A stretch of 64,000 nucleotides of DNA from Myxococcota bacterium (GTDB lineage: Bacteria > Myxococcota_A > SURF-8): the NCBI GenBank assembly GCA_965140415.1, contig OZ223209.1:672001-736000 (forward strand). Reading direction: 5' to 3'. Of the stretch, positions 10,072-19,850 are shown piece after piece. Under the pieces are notes generated by a model. That model was not told where the DNA came from and made no database searches. It was given only the letters and a program-made list of their open reading frames with translations. Position 1 is the first letter of the stretch. Each line of letters starts with the position of its first letter. The position numbers and the translations under genes are program-made.

Positions 10072-10956
10072 ATGTCGATGTGGATCAAAGACAATCAGAA
10101 TTACGAACGCCCCTGCATGATTACCTGCGCGCTTTCCGGCGTGGTGGCCAATCGCCAACAGTGCCCGGCGATTCCTTATACTCCCGAAGAATACGCCGCC
10201 GAAGCCAAGCGCGCCTATGAAGCAGGTGCGGCGGTGGTGCACATTCATGCCCGCACGCCCGACGGCAAACCCAGTTACGACGTGCAGGACTATCGCAACA
10301 TTCACGACGCCATCGTCGATGCCTGTCCCATCATCACCAATTTCTCGACCGGTGCGGTCGGCATCACAACCGATATGAAAGTCAACCCGATCAAGGAAGT
10401 CAAACCCGCCATTGGCGCATTGAACATGGGTTCGATGAACTACGCCAAGTATCATCCCAAGCGTAAGGACTTCGTCTTCGAGTTCGTTTTTCCCAATCCC
10501 TTTTCGGAAATCAAGGCGATCGTCGAAGCCATGAACGGGGTAGACGTCAAACCCGAGATGGAATGCTTCGACATGGGGCATATCGGCAACAGTTACCCGC
10601 TGATCGACATGGGTTTATTGAAGCCGCCGTACCAGTACAGCCTGATCATGGGTGTACTCGGCGGCATTGCGCCCACGGTGCCGAATCTGGTGCGTATGGT
10701 GGAGATGCTGCCGCCACAGAGCGACTGGGAACTGATCGGCATCAGCCACGATCAGTGGCGACTGGTAGCCGCCGCCATCAGCCTGGGCGGCAACGTGCGC
10801 GTGGGACTGGAGGACAACTTCTATCTTTCCGCCGGCGAAATGGCAGAGAGCAACGGCGATCTGGTCGCCAAGGCCGCACGCATGGTGCGCGATCAGGGGC
10901 GCGAAGTGGCCACGGTCGAGCAGTGCCGGGAGCGCCTGGGACTGCAACATCGCTGA
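10072..10956 (+). CDS. Beta-keto acid cleavage enzyme (BKACE/DUF849, Kce-like)
   Basis: ITCALSG, PYTPEE, AGAAVVHIHAR, KPEMECFD and GGNVRVGLEDN motifs. Confidence 0.92.
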   Translation: MSMWIKDNQNYERPCMITCALSGVVANRQQCPAIPYTPEEYAAEAKRAYEAGAAVVHIHARTPDGKPSYDVQDYRNIHDAIVDACPIITNFSTGAVGITTDMKVNPIKEVKPAIGALNMGSMNYAKYHPKRKDFVFEFVFPNPFSEIKAIVEAMNGVDVKPEMECFDMGHIGNSYPLIDMGLLKPPYQYSLIMGVLGGIAPTVPNLVRMVEMLPPQSDWELIGISHDQWRLVAAAISLGGNVRVGLEDNFYLSAGEMAESNGDLVAKAARMVRDQGREVATVEQCRERLGLQHR

Positions 10957-10971
10957 AGCTTTCGCAAACGA

Positions 10972-11000
10972 TTGACGTACAAGCGGCAATCGCCTAGACT
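10972..11000 (+). promoter_or_regulatory. Sigma70-like promoter
   Basis: TTGACG (10972-10977), 17-bp spacer, TAGACT (10995-11000). Confidence 0.6.
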
Positions 11001-11011
11001 GGCGTTGTGAA

Positions 11012-11197
11012 TAGAGTAGGTATTACTCATTTCTGTCCATCGAGTAATCACGATGTGCCATGGTCTCACGGAATGGAAATTCCGGAAGGCCGTGTGTAAC
11101 TACAAGAAGACACACAGCCTTCCACGATCTTCGATCGCGTAAGACTATGGCACACATTATTCAAATTAATGGCTAAAAATGATTGAGAACCGCTATA
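11012..11197 (+). mobile_element. ~185-bp structured dispersed repeat (MITE-like), copy A
   Basis: Near-identical to 34886-35072; TA ends (TAGAGT...AACCGCTATA); nested inverted repeats; no credible ORF. Confidence 0.85.
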
Positions 11198-11217
11198 CAA
11201 GCGCTTCGGGGTCGGAT

Positions 11218-12477
11218 ATGTCCGAAAAGGTTTCCTCAAGCCGCGTGGCGGTGCTGCTGTTTTTCCTGCTGTTGATCGCCGCTCCGGCGCTGTGGCTGGG
11301 TCTGTCTCAGCCGCCCGATCTGGATGAACCGGCCTTTCACCTGCCCGCCATCCAGCAGTACATCGACCAGTTTCCGGCATTCGATCTGCAACACTATCAC
11401 AGCGCCTCCGGTCCCGTGCCTTACATGCTGTGGTCCGTATGGGGGCAGCTTTTCGGCGACAGCCTCCCCGCATTGCGACTGCTTTCCTTGTTGCTTGGTC
11501 TGGGTTGCGTAGTCATTCTATGGCGCGTATTGCGGGACGAACCGACCGGAAGGACCGCGCTGCTACTGGGGTTGATCGTATTGCAACCCTATTTTCTGTA
11601 TCGCTGCTACACCATTTACACCATGATTCCGGCGCTGGTTACGGCCTTACTGGCGCTGGCGTTCTATCTTCGTTTCGAACGGAAGAAGGAATATTCCAGC
11701 CTGCTTGTATTTGCGCTGTTCGCGTCACTGGCCGTATGCAGCCGCCAGGTCTATCTTTCCTATGTGGCCGGAGTGCTGGCGCATTTCACCTTGTTTCACC
11801 TGCTGCCGTCCTGGCGCAAGGACCGTGGCCGCAGTCTAGCCCAGGGCGCGCTACTAATGCTGCCGGTGTTTGCGCTACTGGGACTGTTCTGGTTGTGGGG
11901 TGGCAGCAATCCACCTGATTTTCGCGAAAACGCCGTGCGCGGAATCAATTGGCGCATGCTGGATTTCGTGCCGCTCTTTTTGGGATTCTGGTTTCTGCCG
12001 GTGGCCTGGACGCTTGCCCGGCGCGTGTCGCCGGTGTTATGGCTCCTTGCTGCCGTGGCGTCACTGCATCTGATTTTCTGGCCCTATATCGCCGATCCGG
12101 TGGGCATCGAGGCGGGAAACGTTTCCGGTGTGATCGCCAAGCTGTTTCTGAAAGCGGCCAGCAAGGGACTGCCACTGTGGCTATTGGGACTGGCCCAGGC
12201 GGCGTTGTGGTCCGCCGGAGTCATTGTTTTGGCGGCTCTGTTGTACCGGCTGAAGCATGTCGGCAGTTGGATCGCGTTTGCCCATTTCGGCTTATTGGCC
12301 TTTATCCCGCATACCTGGGAACGCTTTTTCCTGCCGGTGATTCCGATTTTGTGGCTGAGCCTGCGTGACACCGTGAAAGCAAGGCCGATCTTTTTGCTGT
12401 GGCTGGTCTTTCAGGCACTGCTTACCGCCATGTATGTTGCGCAAAAAAGCGGCGTATTCGGCGGTGCATCCTTTTAA
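11218..12477 (+). CDS. Polytopic membrane protein, GT-C fold glycosyltransferase-like
   Basis: DE motif after first TM helix (PDLDEPAFHLPAIQQY), about 10 or more hydrophobic segments; start moved to ATG 11218 outside the repeat. Confidence 0.65.
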   Translation: MSEKVSSSRVAVLLFFLLLIAAPALWLGLSQPPDLDEPAFHLPAIQQYIDQFPAFDLQHYHSASGPVPYMLWSVWGQLFGDSLPALRLLSLLLGLGCVVILWRVLRDEPTGRTALLLGLIVLQPYFLYRCYTIYTMIPALVTALLALAFYLRFERKKEYSSLLVFALFASLAVCSRQVYLSYVAGVLAHFTLFHLLPSWRKDRGRSLAQGALLMLPVFALLGLFWLWGGSNPPDFRENAVRGINWRMLDFVPLFLGFWFLPVAWTLARRVSPVLWLLAAVASLHLIFWPYIADPVGIEAGNVSGVIAKLFLKAASKGLPLWLLGLAQAALWSAGVIVLAALLYRLKHVGSWIAFAHFGLLAFIPHTWERFFLPVIPILWLSLRDTVKARPIFLLWLVFQALLTAMYVAQKSGVFGGASF

Positions 12478-12540
12478 TTGCGTGCAAATTCCGCTACACT
12501 GACGCGTCGAATAGATTATCTGCAACGAGGAGTCGCTTAC

Positions 12541-12795
12541 ATGCCCAAAATCGATATTTACACCACTCAGTTCTGTCCCTACTGCGTTCGAGCCAAGAAA
12601 CTGCTGCAATCCAAGGGTGCAAGCTACAACGAGATTCGCCTGGATCAAGACCCCTCGCGCTCGGAAGAATGCCTTACGCGCAGTAACGGTGGGCGCACCG
12701 TGCCGCAGATCTTCATCGGCGATCTGCATGTGGGCGGTTGCGACGATCTCTATGAATTGGAACGTCAGGGCAAACTGGATACGCTATTGGCTTAA
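12541..12795 (+). CDS. grxC: Glutaredoxin 3
   Basis: CPYC active site, TVPQIFI and GGCDDL motifs; GAGGAG RBS before ATG 12541. Confidence 0.95.
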   Translation: MPKIDIYTTQFCPYCVRAKKLLQSKGASYNEIRLDQDPSRSEECLTRSNGGRTVPQIFIGDLHVGGCDDLYELERQGKLDTLLA

Positions 12796-13973
12796 CTTTT
12801 GATGCGCACCACGCCATCGTCACACAAGGCGGCTATATCTGTTTCGGTATAGCCGCTCTCCATTAGAATTTCGCGAGTATGTTCTCCCAAAAAGGCCGCC
12901 GGGGATAACGATGCGCCGTGCTGCTGCAAGGCTGGAACGGCCCGAGCGCGCGTCAGTTTGGAATCCCCGACTGCGACATCCTCGAACAGCTTGTGCGACT
13001 TGAAATGCGGGTGCTCAGGTACATCTGCAAGGTTCAGCACCGGCTCGCAGCAGGTGTCGACGTCTGCGAGAATCTCCACCCATTCTTTCTGTGTGCGGCT
13101 GCGGAATTGCGCCTGCAATTCTTGATACGCCACGGTATTTTCCGCGATGCGGTCGTATTGATGCTCCATCAGATCCGGTCGCTTGAGCAACTCACACAGC
13201 GTTTGAAAGAATTTGGGTTCCAGTGCCGCCAGCGACATGTAGCGCTGATCTTTCGTTTCGTACAGGTTATAGCAGAGATAGCGCCCCGATAGCAGCGTCT
13301 CGCCGCGTGCGGGCCGCTGGTTTTGCGCCATGACTTCCGCCAGTTGAATTGGCATCAGCGCGATCTGCCCGTCGCACATCGACACATCCAGATGTTCGCC
13401 TTCGCCGGTGCGCATACGACGAAACACCGCCGCCAGGATGGAGAGCACGGCGGCATAGGAACCGGCCAGATCGGACATCTGCGTTCCCGGCATGGCGGGT
13501 GCGCCGTTACGAACGCCGGTCATTTCCACCAGCCCCACCAATGCCTGGAAATTCAAGTCGTGTCCGGCGCGGGTGGCGAATGCGCCCTGCTGGCCGTAAC
13601 CGGTCAGCGAGCAATAGATGATTTCCGGGTTGACTTCGCGAAGATCTTCGTACGAAAGACCGAAGCCGGCCATGGTGCCGGGGCGGAAGCCTTCCAATAC
13701 GACATCATAGTGCTTCACGAGACGCCAGATCACTTCACGGCTTTTGGGATGCTTGAGATCGATCGACAGATTCTTTTTCCCGACGTTCAGGCTTTCGTAC
13801 AGCGCCCCGCGCCCTTCGATCAGTGGTGGCGCCATCCGGGCCGGATCGCCCACGCCCGTGTCTTCGACCTTAATTACTTCCGCTCCCATTTCAGCCAGCA
13901 TCAAACTGGCGAAAGGTCCGGGCAATAACCTGGAAAAATCCAATACGCGCAAGCCTTGTAAATACGCGGTCAT
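12792..13973 (-). CDS. CaiB/BaiF family III CoA transferase (alpha-methylacyl-CoA racemase-like)
   Basis: LRVLDFSRLLPGP, GAEVIKVE, EGFRPG and GHDLNF motifs. Confidence 0.92.
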   Translation of the reverse strand: MTAYLQGLRVLDFSRLLPGPFASLMLAEMGAEVIKVEDTGVGDPARMAPPLIEGRGALYESLNVGKKNLSIDLKHPKSREVIWRLVKHYDVVLEGFRPGTMAGFGLSYEDLREVNPEIIYCSLTGYGQQGAFATRAGHDLNFQALVGLVEMTGVRNGAPAMPGTQMSDLAGSYAAVLSILAAVFRRMRTGEGEHLDVSMCDGQIALMPIQLAEVMAQNQRPARGETLLSGRYLCYNLYETKDQRYMSLAALEPKFFQTLCELLKRPDLMEHQYDRIAENTVAYQELQAQFRSRTQKEWVEILADVDTCCEPVLNLADVPEHPHFKSHKLFEDVAVGDSKLTRARAVPALQQHGASLSPAAFLGEHTREILMESGYTETDIAALCDDGVVRIKS

Positions 13974-14111
13974 CTTCGTTCACTCCGGAAAAGCAGCAGC
14001 TTGTTTTTGTTGTAGGCACTGTAGCACGGAGACGAGTGACCGGCCAAGGATTCTTGTCAAAGGGAGTCGGTATCGGGATTTTTGTTAAACCGAAGGTTCG
14101 GTTCTTGCGGC

Positions 14112-15509
14112 TTATTTGATCTTGTCGCGGGCTTCGGCAAAGCGCACTTTGGCGACTTCGATCCAGGTTCCCTGCGGGTATAGAGTGATATACGCCAGGT
14201 AGGCGCGCAGGGCGTCGCCGTGCTCTTGCAGGTTGTGATGACATTCGCCGAGCAGGAAACGCGCTTTCTCGCTCTCCGGACCGGGATGCTGACTGATGAA
14301 GTTTTTCAGATTGGCAATGGCCCGCAAGGTATAGCCGGAGCGCATCTGCTTATCCACTACGGAATAAAAGCGTCCGATGGCGTCGCGTTGTGGCATTGCC
14401 AGGTTTTCCAGCGTCAACTGCCAACTGGTGCGCTGCACAACCGCTTTTGGGCGAGCTTCGAGAACCGGATCGGTTTCGAGGCGGTTACGTGGGTCATTCG
14501 TTTTCGGCGAAGGCGTATTGAGCTTCATGCGCGGATCGGGACGATTCAGGTTTTCCACCTGCCGCGACTGTTCCGGTGTAAAGCCGAAACGTCGTTCGAA
14601 CAGATCGCGACCGGTCAACCCGGTGCCCGCTTGGATCTGGTTCTGTCCGATTTGCCAGGACGCGTTTTCGCCTTCCCGGATGTCGATCTGCTGTCGATTG
14701 CCGCGCTGAACCTGAACGGCTCCCTCCAGAACGTCTACCGAGCCGTTGCCGTTACGGTCGGAGCGGACGATAAAGCGGGTGCCGATATCGACGAGCCGTG
14801 TTCCCTGTGAGAAAACGAGGAAGGGATCGTTTTCATCATGTAGAACATCCACTGCCACTGCGCCGTGATGCAGGTAGGGATGAACCTTGCCACCGCTTTC
14901 GTGAAAGCGAAGTTCCGAACGTTCACCCAAAGTCAAGGTGGCGCGTTGATTCAGCCGGAAACGCAGTGTGGTTTTGGCATCGGTCTTCAAAATATCTCCG
15001 GCGCGCACCAGTTGGCCGTTCGGATCGATCAAAGCAAGCTTGGCTTGATCGCCGGAATCCAGGTTTTCTATTGAAGCGGTCAGCCCGCTGGAGTCTTCGC
15101 TGCCGGTATCGATTCCGATCAGGTTGTCCAGCGAGGCAATTCCAGGTTGTGTAGCGCTTTGTGGAGTAACGTGGAACAAGCCGGTGGTAATTGCGATCAG
15201 TGCGATGGCCGCCAGAATGGCAGGCGCCCAGATCAAGCCCCAGCGTGCTCTGCTGCGGCGCGATTGGCGCTGCTCCGTTCGGAGGCTTGTAAACAGGCGC
15301 TCTTCGATGCGCTCCCAGTCTGTTTCGCTGGGCTGGTAGAGATCCAGCGCCTGGGGAAGCAAGTGGTCGAGATTACGAAGGGTATCCAATTCCAGTCGAA
15401 GCGCGGCGGAGGTTTGCAACTCCTGCTCAATGCGCAGGGCTTCATCTTTAGGGACTTCCCCATTGATGTAGCGTTGCAATTGTTCGGTTGTGGTGCGGAT
15501 TTCGGTCAT
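14112..15509 (-). CDS. FecR-domain anti-sigma factor with C-terminal TPR-like domain
   Basis: Short N-terminal helical domain, one TM, FecR-like DIGTRFIV...VDVLEGAV, C-terminal ARFLLGECH...YPQG; downstream of ECF sigma. Confidence 0.75.
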   Translation of the reverse strand: MTEIRTTTEQLQRYINGEVPKDEALRIEQELQTSAALRLELDTLRNLDHLLPQALDLYQPSETDWERIEERLFTSLRTEQRQSRRSRARWGLIWAPAILAAIALIAITTGLFHVTPQSATQPGIASLDNLIGIDTGSEDSSGLTASIENLDSGDQAKLALIDPNGQLVRAGDILKTDAKTTLRFRLNQRATLTLGERSELRFHESGGKVHPYLHHGAVAVDVLHDENDPFLVFSQGTRLVDIGTRFIVRSDRNGNGSVDVLEGAVQVQRGNRQQIDIREGENASWQIGQNQIQAGTGLTGRDLFERRFGFTPEQSRQVENLNRPDPRMKLNTPSPKTNDPRNRLETDPVLEARPKAVVQRTSWQLTLENLAMPQRDAIGRFYSVVDKQMRSGYTLRAIANLKNFISQHPGPESEKARFLLGECHHNLQEHGDALRAYLAYITLYPQGTWIEVAKVRFAEARDKIK

Positions 15510-15514
15510 GTTTA

Positions 15515-16120
15515 CTATTCCACTGTTTCTTCCGGTCCGCTGTCTACTCGACTGCTTTCCAAGAGCGCCTTCTGGCGCAGTTTCTTGTAGAAATCCTTTT
15601 TGGCGTAAAACAAGCGCGATTTAACGGTCAGTTTGGAAGCGTTGACGATCTTCGCGATTTCTTCCGGGCTGTGCCCTTCGATTTCATGCAACACGAACAC
15701 GATGCGCTTTTTCGGAGCGATATCCTGGAGTATTTCGTTCACGATTCGAAGCTGCTCGCGATGGTTTACCTGCTTTTCCGGTGGATCTTCCGGATTGATC
15801 AACTGGTTGGCCCGTTCCGAAATATCTACCGGTTCAGGGGTGCCTTTTCGCTTGCGAAGATGCTGCAACGCCACATTGACCACCAGTCGATACATCCAGG
15901 TCGAGAATTTGCTGTCTCCCCGGAAACGTGGCAGGGAGCGGAAAATCTCCATGAAAGCGATTTGCATGATGTCTTCGAGTTCGGAGTCTGGACCGATGGT
16001 ACTGATCAGCACGCGGTGAACGTCCGTTTTGATCAGACGAAAAAGCTGATTATATGCCGTCTGATCGCCGGATTGGCAGCGATGAACAATTTTGTTGAGT
16101 TCATTGATGGATTGATCCAC
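15515..16120 (-). CDS. ECF RNA polymerase sigma factor
   Basis: Region 2 FRGDSKFSTWMYRLVVN; region 4 VFVLHEIEGHSPEEIA...TVKSRL; GTG start after GGGGAG (alternative start 16162). Confidence 0.93.
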   Translation of the reverse strand: MDQSINELNKIVHRCQSGDQTAYNQLFRLIKTDVHRVLISTIGPDSELEDIMQIAFMEIFRSLPRFRGDSKFSTWMYRLVVNVALQHLRKRKGTPEPVDISERANQLINPEDPPEKQVNHREQLRIVNEILQDIAPKKRIVFVLHEIEGHSPEEIAKIVNASKLTVKSRLFYAKKDFYKKLRQKALLESSRVDSGPEETVE

Positions 16121-16380
16121 GCCGTCATTCTCCCCAGTGAACGGTACCAAAAACGATAACACAGCATGGTTCCGAACTCAAGACGCCAAATCGGATTAAC
16201 ATGTAAAAGAACCAACGCCTTCTCCCAATGAGTGACGAATCATTGAGAAAAAGATCAAGAAAAACATTAATTTGTGGAATAAATCATTAAACAGAAGTAA
16301 ACCATCAAGTCTCCTTTTAAACAAAGGCCAGGAAAGCGAATTATTTCACGTTGTTATAATTGAGAATGATTGTGGATGAA

Positions 16381-17334
16381 TTAGAAGACTTTTATCGGGA
16401 ATCCTCGTTTTGCAGCGAAGGTGAACACCTTCAGCGCGATATCGCACTCCACTCCGATTTTTTTTGCGGTGTCCAGATTCAACGCGATTTCCATTCCTTC
16501 CGGAGGAGTGACCGGAATCAGAGTTGGGGAAACGCGATCTTTCAAAATACGTTTGGCAATGGTGGCAGCCTGTTTGCCGATCAGGGTGTAGTCCGGGGAA
16601 AGCGAAACCAGTGCGCCTACTTTCACGAACTTGGAAGTTAATGAAAAGAGTGGGATTTTCATGCGCACGGCGAAATCGACCAACGAAGCATGCGCGGATT
16701 GATTCAGAATCAGGTTATCCGGCACCACCCACAATGCATCCACTTTCCCTCGCATTCGCGCCAGGGCTTCGGCAACCTGGTTGCGGCTGTCGATTTCTTC
16801 AGCAACCAGTTGCAAGCCGATCGCCGCAGCAACTTGCCTGGATTCCTCGATGATTCTTCCGGTGTGTTGCTTGTTATAAATGACACCGACCGATTGCACG
16901 TTCTGAGCCATCAGTTTCAGAACTTTCAGTTGGGTCTTGATGGGTAACTGCATGGAAATACCGGTGATATTGTCAGCCTTCAAGCTTTTCAGGCTACTGT
17001 CGGGCACCAGGCAGAATACGATTGGAACGTCTTTCAATGCTTGTTTGGCAAGTGACGCAGCCAGGGGACCGACTGCCAGCACCAGTTCGGGCGGTGTTGC
17101 AGCCAGCAACTCCATGACCCGTTTCCCTTTATTGACATTGCGACTTAGATTGTACTCGACAACCGTATCGTTGGAGTTCACCGTAAACGAGGTAATGACG
17201 CTGTTGTAGCTATCCAGTTCGGCGCTTTTCACCACCGCGATTCTAGCTGCGAACGCAGTTGAGATACCGCCGCTGACCAATGCGATCCAAGCGGCACAGA
17301 GTATCCAAGTCAATCGTACGATCACGTGCATCAT
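16381..17334 (-). CDS. ABC_sub_bind-type periplasmic substrate-binding protein
   Basis: Signal peptide (AFA); PIVFCLV, VGVIYN, DALWVVPD, GALVSL..DY..IGKQAA and LNLDTAKKIG motifs. Confidence 0.8.
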   Translation of the reverse strand: MMHVIVRLTWILCAAWIALVSGGISTAFAARIAVVKSAELDSYNSVITSFTVNSNDTVVEYNLSRNVNKGKRVMELLAATPPELVLAVGPLAASLAKQALKDVPIVFCLVPDSSLKSLKADNITGISMQLPIKTQLKVLKLMAQNVQSVGVIYNKQHTGRIIEESRQVAAAIGLQLVAEEIDSRNQVAEALARMRGKVDALWVVPDNLILNQSAHASLVDFAVRMKIPLFSLTSKFVKVGALVSLSPDYTLIGKQAATIAKRILKDRVSPTLIPVTPPEGMEIALNLDTAKKIGVECDIALKVFTFAAKRGFPIKVF

Positions 17335-17731
17335 TCGTTTTCGAGTTCCCGGTTATGTTGGAAGATCCTAGCAATGAAAATACTATCACAACATATTTGC
17401 GAAACGCAACTTTGCGTCGCAGGTTTTTTATCGGCGAAAGATTTGAAAACATTAATGATATCGGCAATATACTCAATGTCTTCTTGTCGGGTGCGCCGCG
17501 AGGTAACCGTGATCGAAGGCGTTTTGAACATTGAAATGTGAGTGTGCCACTTTTTAAAAAATGATGATTTAGTACGAAAAACACTTTTCTTTTTAAATTC
17601 TTGTGGTATCATCCCGGCCCTTTCGAGATCCGGGCGGCTGTTCGCTGCGACTAGTGGATCTCACTGTTGTTTTTTTGCTTGCACATGGCCCGTCACGCAG
17701 CCCGTCGATTGGTCATACATGGAGAAAAGAG

Positions 17732-19807
17732 ATGGGTATCTCGACCGCACGAAACATTGGTATTGCTGCACACATTGACGCTGGAAAGACGACTGTTACC
17801 GAACGCGTTCTCTATTATACGGGAATGACACATAAAATCGGGGAAGTGCATGATGGCCGCGCCACCATGGATTTCATGAAACAGGAGCAGGAACGTGGGA
17901 TCACCATTGCGTCCGCCGCGATTTCCTGCAAATGGAAAGACCATTCCGTTAATATCATCGATACACCCGGACACGTGGATTTCACCATCGAAGTGGAACG
18001 TTCCATGCGCGTACTCGATGGCATCGTGGCAGTATTCTGTGCGGTTGGTGGTGTGGAAGCGCAAAGTGAAACCGTGTGGGGCCAAGCCGATCGTTATCAC
18101 GTGCCTCGCATCTGTTTTATCAATAAGATGGATCGTTCCGGCGCGGATTTCCTTCAGGTTGTCAAACAGTTGGATGAGCGCCTGGGTGCCAGCCCGGTTC
18201 CTTTCCAGTTGCCGATCGGAGCGGAAGACGATTTCGAGGGTGTCATTGATCTGGTGCGCATGGTTGCCGTTCGTTTCCCGGAAGGTCTTGTAGAAGAGTT
18301 TGAAATTCCGGAAGAATTACTGGCCGAGGCGCAGCAATGGCGTACCAATCTGATCGAGCATCTGAGCGAATTCGATGATGAACTGGCGGAATTGTACCTG
18401 GAAGATGGTGAGATTCCTGTAGAATTGTTGCAACGGGTAACACGTCATTGTGTGGTGCGTTCGTTGTTTACGCCGATTTTCTGCGGCGCGGCCTATCAGA
18501 ACCTGGGTATTCAGCCTTTACTGGATGCCGTTGTCGAATATCTGCCCAGCCCCTTGGACAAGGGAGTCGCAACCGGAGTGGATATCAACGATCATGAAAA
18601 GCCGATCACCCGGCCTCCCAGTAGCCAGGAGCCGTTCTGCGGTCTGGCGTTTAAAGTCATTCACGATCCCTACGTCGGTCAGCAGACCTTCGTGCGAACC
18701 TATTCCGGTACGGTCAAGGCTGGCGATTCGCTGATGAATGCCACCACCGGCAAGAAAGTGCGTGTCAGCCGTATTCTGCGCATCAAAGCCAAAGATCGTA
18801 TTGAAATGGAAGAAGTGGGACCGGGCGATATCGTTGCGTTTATCGGACTGAAAGACACCTTTACCGGCAACACGCTGTGTGACATCGAAGCGCCGGTGCT
18901 GTTGGAGTCGGTGCGTGTGCCCGAACCGGTGATCAGCATTAAAGTCGGAACGGAAACCCGTAAAGAACTGGAAAAGCTGCATCAGTCGCTGCGCAAGATT
19001 TCAATGGAAGATCCTTCTTTCAGTGTGCGCGTTGTGGAGCGTACCAACGAAACGATCATTGCCGGTATGGGAGAACTGCACCTGGAAGTCATCGTGGACC
19101 GGTTGAAGTCCGATTTCAACGTGCAGGCCATGGTCGGGCAGCCTTCGGTCGAGTATCGGGAAACCGTAACAGCCGAGTATCGTCACAACTACAAGTTCGT
19201 CAAACAATCCGGTGGACGTGGCCAGTTCGCACATACCATCATGCAGATCGAACCGAACCCCGGCGGCGGATTCGAATTCCATAATCAGGTGGTGGGCGGA
19301 AACATTCCGACCGAGTATATTCCGGCAGTGCGCAAGGGAATCGAAGACACCTTGAACAGTGGAATTCTGGCGGATTACAACGTGGTGGATGTTAAAGTGA
19401 CCCTGATCGACGGTTCCTTCCATCCGGTGGACAGTTCGGAAATGGCTTTCCGTACTTGTGGTTCGATCTGCTTTAAAGAAGCCTTCATGCGCGCCAAGCC
19501 GCAGTTGATGGAACCCATCATGCTGTTGGACATCGCCACGCCGGACGATTACATCGGAGATATCGTGGGCGATCTCAATCGCCGTCGCGGTCACATTCAC
19601 AACATGCGACGTTTCCGCAAGGGCTCACAGAAAATCACCGCCGAAGCGCCGTTGATGGAGCTGTTCGGTTACGCGACCACGATTCGTTCGCTCTCTTCGG
19701 GTCGTGCCAACTATTCGATGGAAATGAAGCGCTTCTCGCCGCTACCCGAATCCTTGCAGGCCAAGGTGCTGGAAGAAGCTCACAAACGCATGCGCGGCGA
19801 GCAGTAA
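17732..19807 (+). CDS. fusA: Elongation factor G (stand-alone copy)
   Basis: [43 protein letters not shown] and GSFHPVDSS motifs. Confidence 0.95.
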   Translation: MGISTARNIGIAAHIDAGKTTVTERVLYYTGMTHKIGEVHDGRATMDFMKQEQERGITIASAAISCKWKDHSVNIIDTPGHVDFTIEVERSMRVLDGIVAVFCAVGGVEAQSETVWGQADRYHVPRICFINKMDRSGADFLQVVKQLDERLGASPVPFQLPIGAEDDFEGVIDLVRMVAVRFPEGLVEEFEIPEELLAEAQQWRTNLIEHLSEFDDELAELYLEDGEIPVELLQRVTRHCVVRSLFTPIFCGAAYQNLGIQPLLDAVVEYLPSPLDKGVATGVDINDHEKPITRPPSSQEPFCGLAFKVIHDPYVGQQTFVRTYSGTVKAGDSLMNATTGKKVRVSRILRIKAKDRIEMEEVGPGDIVAFIGLKDTFTGNTLCDIEAPVLLESVRVPEPVISIKVGTETRKELEKLHQSLRKISMEDPSFSVRVVERTNETIIAGMGELHLEVIVDRLKSDFNVQAMVGQPSVEYRETVTAEYRHNYKFVKQSGGRGQFAHTIMQIEPNPGGGFEFHNQVVGGNIPTEYIPAVRKGIEDTLNSGILADYNVVDVKVTLIDGSFHPVDSSEMAFRTCGSICFKEAFMRAKPQLMEPIMLLDIATPDDYIGDIVGDLNRRRGHIHNMRRFRKGSQKITAEAPLMELFGYATTIRSLSSGRANYSMEMKRFSPLPESLQAKVLEEAHKRMRGEQ

Positions 19808-19850
19808 TCGGTTGTAAGGATTAGATATATTTGCTCTGTTGGCAAATTTG

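Noticed and set aside
11012-11197. Repeat as a tRNA, CRISPR unit or known self-cleaving ribozyme
   Set aside because: No T-loop (TTCRA) in the correct position and no CCA end; copies are dispersed rather than regularly spaced with spacers; no hammerhead CTGANGA/GAAA core seen
11179-11217. ORF-track start of the membrane protein at 11179
   Set aside because: This ATG lies inside the repeat terminus and recurs in other copies; ATG 11218 is the more plausible native start
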